From positions 70,806,001-70,870,000 of the forward strand of contig CM052816.1 in assembly GCA_028534125.1 (NCBI GenBank): a stretch of 64,000 nt of DNA, given 5' to 3'. The DNA comes from Lama glama (Eukaryota). Made by a program: the position numbers and the translations under genes. How positions within the stretch are numbered: position 1 is the first letter of the stretch; the number at the start of each line of letters is the position of its first letter. Below, piece by piece: positions 39,701-52,535 of this stretch. The notes below the pieces were generated by a model. The model was not told the origin of the DNA. It saw nothing but the letters and a program-made list of their open reading frames with translations, and did not search any database.

Positions 39701-40972
39701 TCTGGGTTTGATCTAAGTTAGTTGTCTCCATCTGTAAGGTTTACCAGGTTTTACCAAGTAGATGCTTGTCTATTTCTCAATACACCTTTCCCCTTTCACA
39801 AGACTTAGGCCCGCTCTTCTATATCTTTCTTGGTTCTTGAATAGAAAGACAATGTTTTAAGACTAAGTAACTTCTGCAAAACTATTTTGCTTAAAGCTGA
39901 TAATTATAAGCTCATGCTACATTGTACCTTGTAGTTTGTGAAGAGTTTTCACATATGCCAGTTGCATTAGAGAGTCAAAAGTAATCCAGTATATAGATTG
40001 TGTGAATCGCGTACATAGAATATATCTATTCTATCCTCCAGATCACTATGCTTACTCATTTTTATCATGAATAGAGATTTAAGTGTTTTTCTTTCTTATG
40101 ATGATGCCTAATCTAGGTTTTGTTTGGTTAACTGTTTTTATTCATTCCTCTCTTTACTTCATATGCCAGCAGATGGGTGTTTGGTTTTAAATTAAAAAAA
40201 AAAAAAGGAGGGGTAGTGCCCACAAGCCAGTCTATTACACTATATTTCTGTTATTGAGTATCTTATACAGATTGTTTTGTGCTGCAGACTTCATTTTCTC
40301 TTGGAGCGGTGGCTATCAGAGGACTACGGAGCTCCCTGGTTCCTCCAAGCAGTTCTCTCTGACTTGAGAGTTGAGCCAGGCAAAATGATGTTGATTCTTT
40401 TTCCATTTTTTTCTTCTCTGATTTGTTTATGAATTAATGCAGATGCAAACTGTTGATTTTCTAATATAAACTTTCCATTTTGGTTAAATTTTCATTAAAA
40501 AGTCACAAAATGAACATTTGAATACAGGCTTCCAATAATGGTTATTTTCATAATGAAAAATTTTATCTGATTTCTAGGTTGTTTAGTTAATACTTGCTTG
40601 CAATAAATATTTATAAATTACTTTTAATTACATACTCTGTAATTTTTATAAAATCAATTATATAGTTTCACTTTTAACAGTAAAACAGGGCTTTCAAAGG
40701 GCTAGCATCTTCATGTGTACCCCAGCACATTCCATTTCTCTGACAGAATTCATCACTTTGTAATATAATTGCTTTTTTATGTATCCGTATCTTCCACTAA
40801 GACTGTGGACATATTGAGGGCAGAGACTCTGTCTTATTTATTTATGATTCCTTAGAATCTTTTATTAGTAGCAATTTTGGTCTAGGAGCAGCAAGGAACC
40901 TAAGGAACCACAAAAAATAAGCTTAATTTGGAAAAAAAATTGAGTGAATTTTTCTTGTTGAAACCACTCTAC

Positions 40973-41015
40973 TAAGATTATTTGGATAACTTATTTAAGA
41001 TTATTTGGATAACTT
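40973..41015 (+). repeat. Perfect 20-bp direct repeat (period 23)
   Basis: TAAGATTATTTGGATAACTT at 40973 and 40996. Confidence 0.9.
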
Positions 41016-42071
41016 TTTTTTTAACCTGAATGTGTTTATGACTTTTTCATCCTTCTTTCTCCAGTCATAACCTTGAGCACAGGTAAATAAACTATGAATG
41101 TTGTGAGCCTGACTAAGAATGCCTAAGTCCCAGTCATCTGAGAAGTTGATTATCCCACAGGAGGTTACACTCCTTTTCATTTCCATTTCTTAAATTGCAT
41201 TGATAGAATTTGAACATTTATTACCTAACAGGGCTCTTGCCTTCATAATTATCTTATTTTAATAAGAGGGCTTGTAACCATGATTTTATATACAGTGGAG
41301 GGAAAAAATGGCAGGCATGTTCCTAATTCATTCAAATTTTAGAAGAAAAGTGAAATGAATTCCAGATGTAGATTAATTTTTAGAGTACAAGATCAGATCA
41401 GTAAATATTTATTTATCAAAGAATGATGACTCCTTTGCAAGATAGTTTGAGCTATATTCAACCCCATGTGATTTAGAATGCATGTTATTATTGGCAAGCA
41501 AATTCTTCAATTAGAATGCAGTCTTTCAGGAGAAATTTAGACAATCTCTCATGTTTAATCACCTAACATTGTGATTTGATCAAATATCATATGACAAACA
41601 ATATTTCATTGTGGAGTGTGAATGCTGACATGAGAAGGCAGCTAAGGTTTCCATGTCTAATTCCTGCTAACCTACACCATATACAGTCAGATTGAGACAC
41701 ATAGACCTATATAGAAGGTTAAATTTTTAAAAATGTATCTGGGGTACATTTACTCTCATCCTGTCTGAATAAAATAACACTATTTTTTAATATAAAGAAG
41801 ACAGAAAATAACTTTAAAGAACATCTTTTGATAATCTGAGACAGCATAAAACGCTCTTATGTTTCAGGGTGGTACTTGTGTCATGAGATTACATCTATTT
41901 ATTTTGGTTTGTATGAAAGATTTATAGAGCCTTTTGCTTTTTTCACATACATATCTTTATTCTATAAATGGCACCCTGAAATACAGTGATGAATATCCAA
42001 ATTTTAATTTTCTTGAGAAAAATGGCACTGAGCTTTATAGTATATGTACCAGAGTGTGCAAACTATACTTT

Positions 42072-42134
42072 TTTTTGGAAGTATAATCAGTTACAATGTG
42101 TCAATTTCTGGTGCACAGCACAATGTCCCAATCA

Positions 42135-42190
<56 letters not shown>

Positions 42191-42362
42191 TTTTCACATT
42201 CTTTTTCATTAAACGTTATTACAAGATATTGAAGATATTCTTCTATACAGAAGAAATTTTTTTAATCTATTTTTGTATATAGTGGTTAACATTTGCAAAT
42301 CTCAAACTCGCAGATATATCCCTCCCACCCTCTTTCCCCCAGTAACCATAAGATTGTTTACT
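42072..42362 (-). mobile_element. Young 5'-truncated camelid-type L1 3'UTR containing an (AT)n microsatellite
   Basis: gaagtataatcagttacaatgtgtcaatttctggtg..ttattacaagatattgaa..cagtaaccataag, flanked by TATACTT-containing duplications. Confidence 0.8.
42138..42187. repeat. (AT)25 microsatellite
   Basis: Perfect dinucleotide run; it is the source of the YIYIYI ORFs. Confidence 0.95.
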
Positions 42363-45300
42363 AATATACTTGTTTTTGAAGAACTAATATTTTAAAAAAA
42401 AACCTTGTGAAAGCTCTATAAAAGCGGTGGACTTTACTCCATGAATCAAATCCACTTTAGCTTTCCTGGTTTAGATTAACATTTGAGATAGAGGAAAAAT
42501 CTGCCTCAATGCCTTCACTTTATTAAACTAGAGTTGACAACATAGAATCCATCCTACAATTAGAAAAGGCTGCCTGTAGTTTTAGTGGTACAATATTGGA
42601 TTTCAATGTCATTATTGTTCCAGCTTTTATGTACTAGTTAAGCCAAGCAAAATTGCTACTGGAAATCAGGGTTTTTCTTTTTTTCTTTTTTTTTACAACA
42701 AGCTTACACTAGTATGAAACAAAGCTGATCTCTTTCAACCCTTGCGTCAACATGGAATCAGGCGAGCAATGAGGGGCATTGTATTTCTTATACAATGCTG
42801 TCTTAAAAATGTAAAAACTTAGTATTTCATTTAACAGTATTACCCATTGGCACACATTACTTTGAAAATAACTCAGATTATATTTTTGGAAGCAAAATCT
42901 AAAAATCCATCCATGGTACTTTGACAAGAGTGGCTGACTGAAGTCTCTGTTCCTGACCTGGTTCAGAAACTGACTTTAGTGAGCCCATGGGTCCAGGTCA
43001 ACACTTACCATTATTTTTAGTGAGTTCAACCCAGTTTAAAAGGAGGACACGATGAATGTGAACATCCTACCTAAACAAAGTTTGTGATGGTGGGCTGGCC
43101 TGACATTGTGTAGATGAGAGAAAGCTGTGCTGGGAATGCCTTACACTTCTAGAATTTGTTGTAGCAAAGAGAGCCTGAGATTTTCTGGGGACCAGAATTA
43201 GGTCTTGCAGACAAAAGAGAACACTGGAGGGGTTCTGGGACCTAAACAGGGAGCTTCTTTGTGAGCTAGATTTTCCAAACCAGAGGCTGAGGAGAAGCTA
43301 AGTAGCCTGCTAGAGAAGGAATCTGCAGTTGAGGGATCTCCATAAACGAGTGGATGCCTGAAGAATGAATGGAACACATTCCGTGCTGAATGTCCATGCT
43401 GAATGTCCCCACACCACCAATGCTGACTCCCAATAGCAGTGTCAACTGAGACCTTTCTTGTTCTCTCTCCTTCCCCAGTTACAACTTGGGGAACAACAAC
43501 CAGGTAGTGGTTTGGTGGAAGTAAGAAAGGAGAACAGACCCAAGGATAGAGTAGACAAGAATCTAATCACATCCCCTTTCCCATGACAGGATTGAATGAC
43601 ATGCCAATACTTTCCTGTTGTAGAAAGTTGGGCATTTAATAATTAATGAAATGAGAAGCTTATTGACTAAATGGTACTGGAGGAACTCATTATCTGAGAG
43701 AGTACAGCAAAGTTTAGGATCTATTCTCGATTTCAGACAAGGAGTAGAGAAGACCTAGCTGGACATAGCAGGTTGGAACATACAGTGGAGGAAAAGATAA
43801 GGTTGGGGCTGCACCCCAGGGAGTAGAATGGTTGCACATACATGTGTGGAGCGTTTGACAATATACAAAACTTTGCATGAGCATGTAAAATTTATGTTCT
43901 TTCATGCCTCTTACAGTCACTTGTAAGATAAATAGGACAGACCTGGAAAGACCTGGTGTTTGTCCAATGTCCTGCAGGCTTTCCACAGTAAATGGGAGAG
44001 GAGCTCAGATCTGACTCCTGCGCAGCCTCTCTCTGCTTCAGTTAGCTGCCTCTTCTGACTACCTGTCTTCCTTTTCACCAAGCTGACATTCTTTCCAGAT
44101 CTCTTTACCACATTTGATCCGAAATGTAGTACAGTGTGGCACATGGTAGAAGCTCAGCAAATAATGTTGAATGAGTAAGTGGATGGGTGAATGAATAGCT
44201 GACAGGTGACTGGGTGAGTCCATGTTCAGCATACCTGGGTCTGAGTTGGTGGTCACATTTAGCCTCTTCAAGTTGTACTAACACAACTGACGCACCAAGT
44301 TTTCCGCTGGAAGATGGTACTCTAGACCTGACTTTCCCTCTTTCGTTCTGTGATTTTACTAGCACTGAGTTGTTGATTACTATATTTTGCTTTTGGGGGG
44401 AAATGTTTGTATGTTTCATTTTGGGAACCTAGTATCTTATGAAGATCAGTACATTATAGATGCCCAGGTGGTTTGCAGTTGTATTCTCATTTCAGCTGTG
44501 TTTAAGAAATCTGTGTTTAAGTTAGAGAGGGCTTTTTATATTTTTAAAGTGTACATGAATCAGACCCCTATCTCTTGAACTGTTCTTACATACATTTTCT
44601 TTAGAATTAGTTTATTATCAGAAAAATCAGAAAAGTTTGAAAGTCCCCCAAATTTATCTGGTATCCCACATTTTCTACAGCAGTGGACACACAGTGATCT
44701 GGAGGATAGCATTTATAAGTCATCTCTTGTCATTTCCAACTTCCCTAAGTGATATTTGCATGCTTTTCTAAATTTGTCTTATGGTCTATTCAGTTGCCCT
44801 AGTCAACGCGTTGATATAAACATTTGATTTAATTCTGATTAGATTTTCACTTTGAGCTTGTCATTTCTTGTTGAATTTGGATTCTCAACCCTACTGCTGT
44901 ACATGAACATTTATGCCAATTGTTGGATTTGAGAATGAACAGGGAGGAACTGTCTATACATGTGGTAACTGTTGCTAGGGAAACAATCCCCTAGCAAAAA
45001 TTTTTAATGGTGGCTAAATTTGAGTCAAGGTAGTTTTCACAGAAAAATGTAGCATTAGAATAAATGTACAGTATTTTTTTTATAAATACAGAATGAAGCC
45101 ATGTGGACTATGCATTTGAACAACTTAGCAGTGCATTGTGTATCAAGTCTGCAGTTTAAAGAATCGCTTATGTTATGTTTCCATTTTTGTACACTATTAA
45201 AAGAGGACACTCAGTCACTTTTCCATAACTAGATTCTTATATTCATTATTTAAATAGCTAATGAGTTTAAATATTTAACAAAAAGGTAAGGATTTAGTGT

Positions 45301-46471
45301 GGTGTAGAGAAAAGATAATTTAGGTAAATTGTTTTAATTCTTATCTCTGACACTTATTGTCTATATAATTTAGAGCCAATTACTCTCAGTAAGCATCAGT
45401 CTCCTGGTGATAGTAATATCCACATGGAATGTTAAAAATGTTAGCTTACCAAAAGACTGTACTAGGTAATACATATTCACTGTATCCAAAACAGAATTTG
45501 GTCATCTGAGATGGGCACCTGCCAAAATCAAAGGTGAGTCTCTAAACAATAAAGCAGCAATTTTAGTTCTAGAGACCAGTCAAAAGATTTATTCTACTTC
45601 CACTTAATTACTACTCAAAACAATATTGTCCAACATGGAGGTGCTAAATTACTGGCTTTATCTTTCTTATCATGCATTCTTACAGGTATGAATTCTTTTA
45701 GGAGTCTGAGCAGAGTGGATTCCCCATTTTTGAGGATGGGGTATTGATCAAAGAGTTTTGCTCACAATCAGAAGTTCACTTTGAAGAGCCTGCAGAGGAT
45801 ATCATGCTAGTTGGTCATTCCCTGGAGGCAGAAGTTACTGCTCTTCAGTCTAGTTTAATGGTATATTCTTTCACATTTCTTCTGGGTATGTTAGTAAACA
45901 AGCGGGCAGCTTTTTAAGAGAACTTTGTTACAGGGTAATTTATAGGTAGATTATAGGTAATTTCTGTTGGTAGCAAGGATTTCCATCAGTAGCATTTAAT
46001 TTCCAAAAAGAGGCACAGAGATTTGGGTTAGTCAAGAAAAAGTTACAATCATAATTTGATATTTCTATCATTTTAATTGCCCAAGAACAGGGAACATTAT
46101 TACAATATGATGAGGATTAATGGGTCTTCAAGACAATAAAGAGTCTCCTAGGTTACCCAAATTCTAGAAATGTTTTTCTGGCCAAAGTTTTTGATGTAAC
46201 CATCATTTTGTAGACTGAAAACTTCAGTGCTATTTTTAACTTTTTACTCCCCTAGACACTACATCCGCATCTAACTGGTTGTCAGCTGTGGCTGCTTTAA
46301 ATCTCTGCAATACCACTTATTAGCTGTATGAAGATAAAAATCACTACTTCCAGGTCATATATCTAATAAAGTGATAAGAATGGCACTGGTCAAAATCTTG
46401 CAAATTGTTCAGAGATTTTAGAAATCTTACTTTAGCCATTTGAACTTACTGCTTTAAAAATATTTTACATA

Positions 46472-47020
46472 TGTGTCAGCCCACATTCTCCATAAAAATG
46501 GCGAGAAAGCTTACATGTCAGTGCTTTATGGAGAATAAAAGGAAGTGAGGCAGGAGAAGAGGGAGAGAAAATACAAGATAGTGCTTATCTAGCTGGCCAG
46601 AATTTCACAGGGAGGAAGACCTGTGCTAGACCACAGGCATGTTTTTTAGAAAGTCCTTATGGAACTCCTGAAACTTTGAACAGTCCTCCCTGTATCTTGG
46701 TTTTTATTGGTCAAAGTTAACTCTCCTGCATATAGGGGTTGTGTTATCCAGCCCCTCCTCCACTCGCATCCATACCCTACTCAACCCTTCAACTGCCCCA
46801 ACTCCCCTCTCCCTCAGCTGCAGTCAGAGTCAGCTGTGGTTGAACTTGCCTGGCACTGACATTGCAGCAGCTCCCACAACCTTGGCTGAGATGGAGGCTT
46901 GCACAAAGTGCCCCTTGCCCACAGGGAAGGATAGTATTAGGACATAAGGCAATCCAGGCCAAGACCAGGGCTCCTCAAGGCCAAGGAAATCCAGGAGAGG
47001 CTTGGACTGTGTCTCGCAAC
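46472..47020 (-). mobile_element. Old ERVL-type LTR (LTR33/LTR41/LTR16-like)
   Basis: TG...CA-bounded block beginning tgtcagcccacattctcc..gctttatggag..gaagtgaggcaggagaagagggaga, an ERVL LTR style. Confidence 0.4.
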
Positions 47021-49894
47021 ACATCGATTCAAGAACATATTATTTTTGACATGTTGTGGTACAGATGTCTGAATTTTACAAATACAACAGTCTGTGTCAC
47101 CATTGCTCATTAAATGCCAGAAGCAGGAAGAGAAACAATTAGGTATGTTGATTTCTACGTATAATAAATGGAATAATAATGGTAATGGGAAGAAGACAAA
47201 TGAAACAGAAAACTGGTAGGTAGATTTACTGTGCAGCATAGACACACTTTCTGAATGCTGGTTACCAGTTGCCACAGGAGGATGCATTTAAGCAGAAGAT
47301 AAAAATGAACATGGTTCATTACAACATTTTAAGACATTATTATCAGGGGAATGAAAATGTGGAAATACCAATAAAGTCCCCTCCAAACATTTTGTCAAAA
47401 ACTTCCCAAGAAAGATAATCTGGCAACTCACAAAAGAGAGCTTTAGTGACTCAGTGATTTCCTTAATTCTGATAACCTAGTGAAAATCAGGACTTCTTGT
47501 TTTATGTTTCTAATAGTGCTGTGTGCCATTTGATAGCAGAAATTTAAGCTTATGACCACCTGCTGGATGTTTGAAACTAGCATTTTTTCAAGACAATTAA
47601 AAAAAAATATCTATGGGAATTAGTGATGCAGGTTATAAAATAAGGACAAAAAAGGATCCCTTTTATGGTGAATAGACAATAGAACCGTTTCTTCCTGGGA
47701 TTGACTTGTGTTGAATCATTGCAAATATATTCATAAATATTAATTGCTCTGTCACTTTATATATGTATATATACAAACACATATACATCATTTCCTCATT
47801 TGCATGTATATATGCAAAGACAATGTGAATTAATACAGAGTAGCTGCTTAGCTTTTAAAACATTGTATAAATGGAAAACTAAAAACCATTAAAACTAGAT
47901 CAAATACACACAATAAATAAAATAATCTACACTTATTTGGAAGTTACTATGTATAAAGTAATGAAGGAGGCTTCAAATGCAGAAATGAAAGTCATAAATT
48001 AGTATGGCTCTTATCAAAATACTTAAGAAAAATTTAAAAATACAAAATGACTTGTTTAAATTAGAAAAAGGATTCTAATGTTTAGAATATATGTGTGTTG
48101 AACATCACTAAATTTAAGAGCATTCTTGGAATGTGGCATATTTTTTATATAAAGAGAAAGAATACTCACTTCAATATTTCAAACCTACATTTATAAATAC
48201 ATAATTCACATACTGCTAGCAGTGGTAACAGGAATGTATTTCCACTACTAATGAAGTGTTCAGAACTTCATCAGTGCAATTTTTCCATTGGTTTTGTGGT
48301 GTAGGTCTTCTTTTGTGAACTGCACTTGTTGGGAGTATCATCGGAGAGAGAAAACAGGCCTTCCTAAGTCAGGGATGCGTGGGACAAGGTGCAGGTTGTA
48401 CGTTTTATTAAGATTATATATTCATGTTTATGAACGGAGAAAAAAATAAAATGATGAAATGGAATTAAAATTAGAGGAGCAGCACTTGGTCAGGCTCCTC
48501 GGCAGAACTTGCCTTCCAGGTCAACCTCTGTCACTACACACATTTTCTCCTGTTTCTCACTTCACTTTTTCATATATTCCAAAATTCCAATTGTGTTTTC
48601 TGCTCATTCAAACTGTATTTACCGAGTGCCTAATATGTGTAAGGCACCCTACTAAGTGCTGCAAAGGGTAGTAAGAGGACTATGACATGTGCCTCTGATG
48701 CCAGAAATTTAACTTCCAGTGGGAAACAAGATTATGTTCTTCTTGGAGATGGTTTAGAGATAGCCAGTCATTTATATATTAGTATAGATTAATTTCATAG
48801 TTGCTTTCCTTAAAATAGCTCAAAATGCTGCCATTGTTTATGGTTATAATAATGGTCTATCTTTCCATTAAATTATAAATTCTTCCAGTTAAGGGACTAA
48901 ACCAGAGATGTCAATCTGTGCTGCCACTTCACCCCTGTCTTAAAAAGGCTGTTTTACCTGCAGTCCCACTCTGTAAGACTGAAACTTTTAGATACCTCCA
49001 CATACAAATGTGCACATTTCCTCCTGCCAAAATATTTTCTTCATCACCAAAGGAAAAAGGAAATACATTCAATTTGGTTACTAGCATAAAGTGTGAAAAT
49101 TCTTCCTTGTTATTTGTACCATTTGGTGAATGACTATTCTGGTTTCATTAATACCGTCCAGAACATCTCACTTGTTCTTAGGACGCTCATTGTGGAGTCT
49201 GTGAAGGTTGTAATTAGGATTTTAAGGAAATTCATGGCAAATCACAGAATAATCTGTGATAAACTAACTGATCAATGGACAAAGTTTCTTTTCCTTTTTC
49301 TCCAGTTTGATATTATATCCACTCCTTGAGGACTGACTTACCTGAAGCACTGAATATCTGGAGATTATTTATTGAGAATAGAAACGTCTAGTACTCCATT
49401 GGAAAACCCAGATACTGACTGGAGCCTCGTATTAAGGAGTTACAGATTTGCTATGCTTGATTTGCTATGCCTAGTATACTCTCTGACTTGTCCTTGGTAA
49501 TAGCGCAAGCTGATCAACTAACTAGTAACAGTAAACAGTGCTCTGATACCTGTGCATATGATAGTTTCTACAAAAATTTAAGAAACTTCAGTTTTTATTT
49601 TAAATAGTTAAACTTACTATTTTATAATAGTTGAAGTTACTGTTTTATAATGGACCAAGACAGCATTAATAACTGAATATTTTTGAGAGGTTATTCAATT
49701 CCATATATCATGATCTGACATTTATTGGTAGCGCCTCTAACCCTCACAGTAATATAAAAGTAATACTATATTACTTTATTTCACGGATTAGAAATACGAG
49801 GTTTAAACAATTTAAGTGAATTGCCCAATGTCACACCATAAGCAACAAGACCAACAAGCAGACTCAAGATAGCCCTAATCAGAACATGAATTTT

Positions 49895-50840
49895 AAGTTT
49901 GAATTTGGAAAAAAAAAATAAACACACAGAAAAGTTGTGTGGATAATGCAGTAAACTCACAAATATCTTTCACCTAGATTCTCCAGTTTTTAAAATTTGG
50001 CCACATTTACACATACACACTTCTCAGTAGTATTTATGTATTATATATTTTTGTGTATGTATATATAATATTTAAATGCTGAACCATTTAAGAGCAATTT
50101 ACATATTCTGCTCCTTTATCCCAAGTATTTCAACAGGTATCTTGTAAGAAGGACATTTTCTTATGTGATCACTGTATAATTATCAATTTAGGAAATTTAT
50201 ATACATTACATCTAATGTATATGTCATCTCTGTCCTCATCTCTTCTGACAAGGACTCCAGTCATACTAGATTAAGGCCTGCTCTAAAGATACCAGTGAAA
50301 GCTAAGTACCACTTTAAAGGCCCTATCTCAAAATACAGTGACATTCTGGGGTACTAGGGCTTTGGGATTTAACATATGAATTTAAGAAGGACACAATTCA
50401 GCCCATAATACCTGTCATTTATTTCATGTTTATTAGCTAGCCGAGTACTGTAACAAAGAGCTTCCTCATTTTGCCCATTTGTGTGTGTGTGTGTGTATGT
50501 GTGTGTATGTATTATGCATGTATATATACGTGTATACTCTCAGTACAGACTCATGGATTCTTTTAAAATTGGTGGATTATAATTCATTATTGTCATTATT
50601 AATTTTTAACGCTCTAGTTGTTTCAGATTTGGCCTGTGGGAAAACTTTCAGTTTGACTCTAGTGTCATGTTTCCATTACCCTCTAATTTGTTGAGCTTGT
50701 CCTGATGTTCTGGAACTAAAATATATTCTAGACACATTTCATCCTTTCCCTGCCCTAGCCATAGAATCAGCTACTTATTCAAGGAATCCTGATTCCTTTT
50801 AATGGGTAAAGGCATTTAGAAACCCAGATCTGGGCTAGAA
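49895..50840 (-). mobile_element. L1MC4/5-like 3' end, interrupted by an MLT1A-like LTR fragment
   Basis: cacagaaaagttg..ctttcacctagattctcc; tcagatttggcc.gtggga; caaggaatcctgattccttttaatgg..tttagaaacccagatctggg. Confidence 0.75.
50225..50411 (-). mobile_element. MLT1A-like MaLR LTR fragment nested in L1
   Basis: ctcttctgacaaggactccagtcatactagattaagg..aggccctatctcaaaatacagtgacattctggggtactagg..ggacacaattcagcccataa. Confidence 0.85.
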
Positions 50841-51709
50841 CATACGTTCTTAAGCATTATATAAAATCAATGTCAAAATGTACAAAATAGGATTAGTGCA
50901 AATATAATTAAATACTAATTAGATAAATACCTATTATAATAAGGCCAAATTTGTCAAAACATGGGATCCAAATGGAAAAATGAAGATGAAAGTCTACTGT
51001 GATGAAAAAGGACTAAAAAAAAAACCAAATGTGGATAGAATAACTTGGGGGTTTTGTGGGATATAGTTTTTTAAATGCAAACCTCAAGGAGTACAAAGTA
51101 GCTTAAACTATCACCCTATGTATCTGGAAAGTAGACCTGAATAGTACGTTTTTCCTAATTGCTCCCCTTTGCAGGCCTCTGGGTCTTCATATAGATTTCT
51201 AATCTGCTTTCTTGGTAAATCAAGTTATAAAAGACCTTTAGAGTAATGCTCAACAATCAGGCCTAAAATGAGAGAATAAATTCAAATACTGCTAGACGAA
51301 TAGGGAATATTGCTGACATAAGTTGTTAATAATGAAAATACTGACCAGCAAAGAAACTCACTGATGTAGGATCTGTCTGAAAGCATATTGATTCTTGAGT
51401 ACATTAATCCCTTATAGAGAGGAATTAATGTCAAGGAGTGAGTCATGGGCCAAAATATAAGATACTTTCAAATGTGTTTTCAGAGCTTACAGTGTGCTCA
51501 TCTGTGGCAACCCCTGGTTGTTAAACAATTCAGATGCTTTCTATAACCCTATCCTTTGATGCAGCAGGGAGAAGAAAAATACTTTTTAAAGGAACTTTGT
51601 TCCTCTTCACCATTTCAAGGCAGCAGAGTACTAAGTAGTAGTCTGGGAAGGAGTAATTTATCATTTTCGCTAAGGATTCCTTAAAGGAGAAACACATCTG
51701 TCAGGATTA

Positions 51710-51940
51710 TAATAGCTCTTACTTATTGTGCCAGGCACTGTCCATTTATACTGAATATACTGTTGCATTGAACGACCACCAGTTTAGGCTTCTGTTATTA
51801 TTTCTATCTTGCAGGTGTGAAAAATTAGTTTTAGAAGTGTTAAATAATTTTATGAATGCCCTGTATCTTTTAAGATACAGATCAAGGATTCAACTCAGAG
51901 ATCCTTGTCTCAAGTCTGCATTTCACTGTTCTGCGTTACT
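51710..51940 (-). mobile_element. MIR SINE
   Basis: cttattgtgccaggcactg..ttgcaggtgtgaaaaatt..aggattcaactcag. Confidence 0.6.
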
Positions 51941-52069
51941 ATCTTTCACAACATCTGGTTATTTATCAATGGTATAAAAAATGATCAAAACAAACACTCT
52001 TCTAGAAAGTTCAGTTTAACTGGTCAAGACCTTGATATGGTATTAAAGTACTATCTATAAAGTGTTATC

Positions 52070-52535
52070 AGGAACTTCCATTTCCCGGAAGATGGAATAG
52101 ATGTATTTTTACGTATTCTTCCTACAAAGAATAGCTAAAAACCTTGGACATTATATAAAACAGAAATAAGAAGACTCTGAAAGGTGGAAAGAAGTAAGCA
52201 GATTGGCTAAGGATCTTGAAACCTGAGTAATACGACAGCAGTAAGTTTGGTGGGTTTTCTTTTCCCCTCATTCCCCAAAATGTCAAGGTTTCAGACTAGG
52301 TGTTGGAGAAACTGGCAACCCAGAAATGCCAAGAGTAGAGGAAAAAAATTCAACAAAAGTTCTGCGCTCCCTAGTAAAAAGACCAGCAAAGGGGCAAGGC
52401 AATCTAGTAAGACGGAAAGCCTTTAGATAGTAACTATTCTATTTTTGCTAAACACCGTAGAAAACACTGCAGTGCCACTTCTACTCCCAATAACAACAGC
52501 CACATGGGGAACCTAGACTTCCACTTTTGCCAGAT
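52070..52535 (+). mobile_element. Old L1 5'UTR fragment (L1MD/L1MC-type)
   Basis: acttccatttcccggaagatggaatagatgta..aaccttggacattatataaaa..aagactctgaaaggtgga is typical of an ancient L1 5' end. Confidence 0.65.

Noticed and set aside
39684..39703. CTCF-like motif (also about 9877 and 40166)
   Set aside because: Each mismatches highly conserved core positions.
41986..42282. ORFs with YIYIYI repeats
   Set aside because: Translation of an (AT)n microsatellite inside an L1 3'UTR.
42930..43720. Purine-rich LTR-like block
   Set aside because: Probably an old LTR, but I could not support a family or boundaries from the sequence alone.
49342..49567. Minus-strand exon candidate with a perfect CAG|GTAAGT donor
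   Set aside because: Stops in all three frames and no other supporting minus-strand exons.
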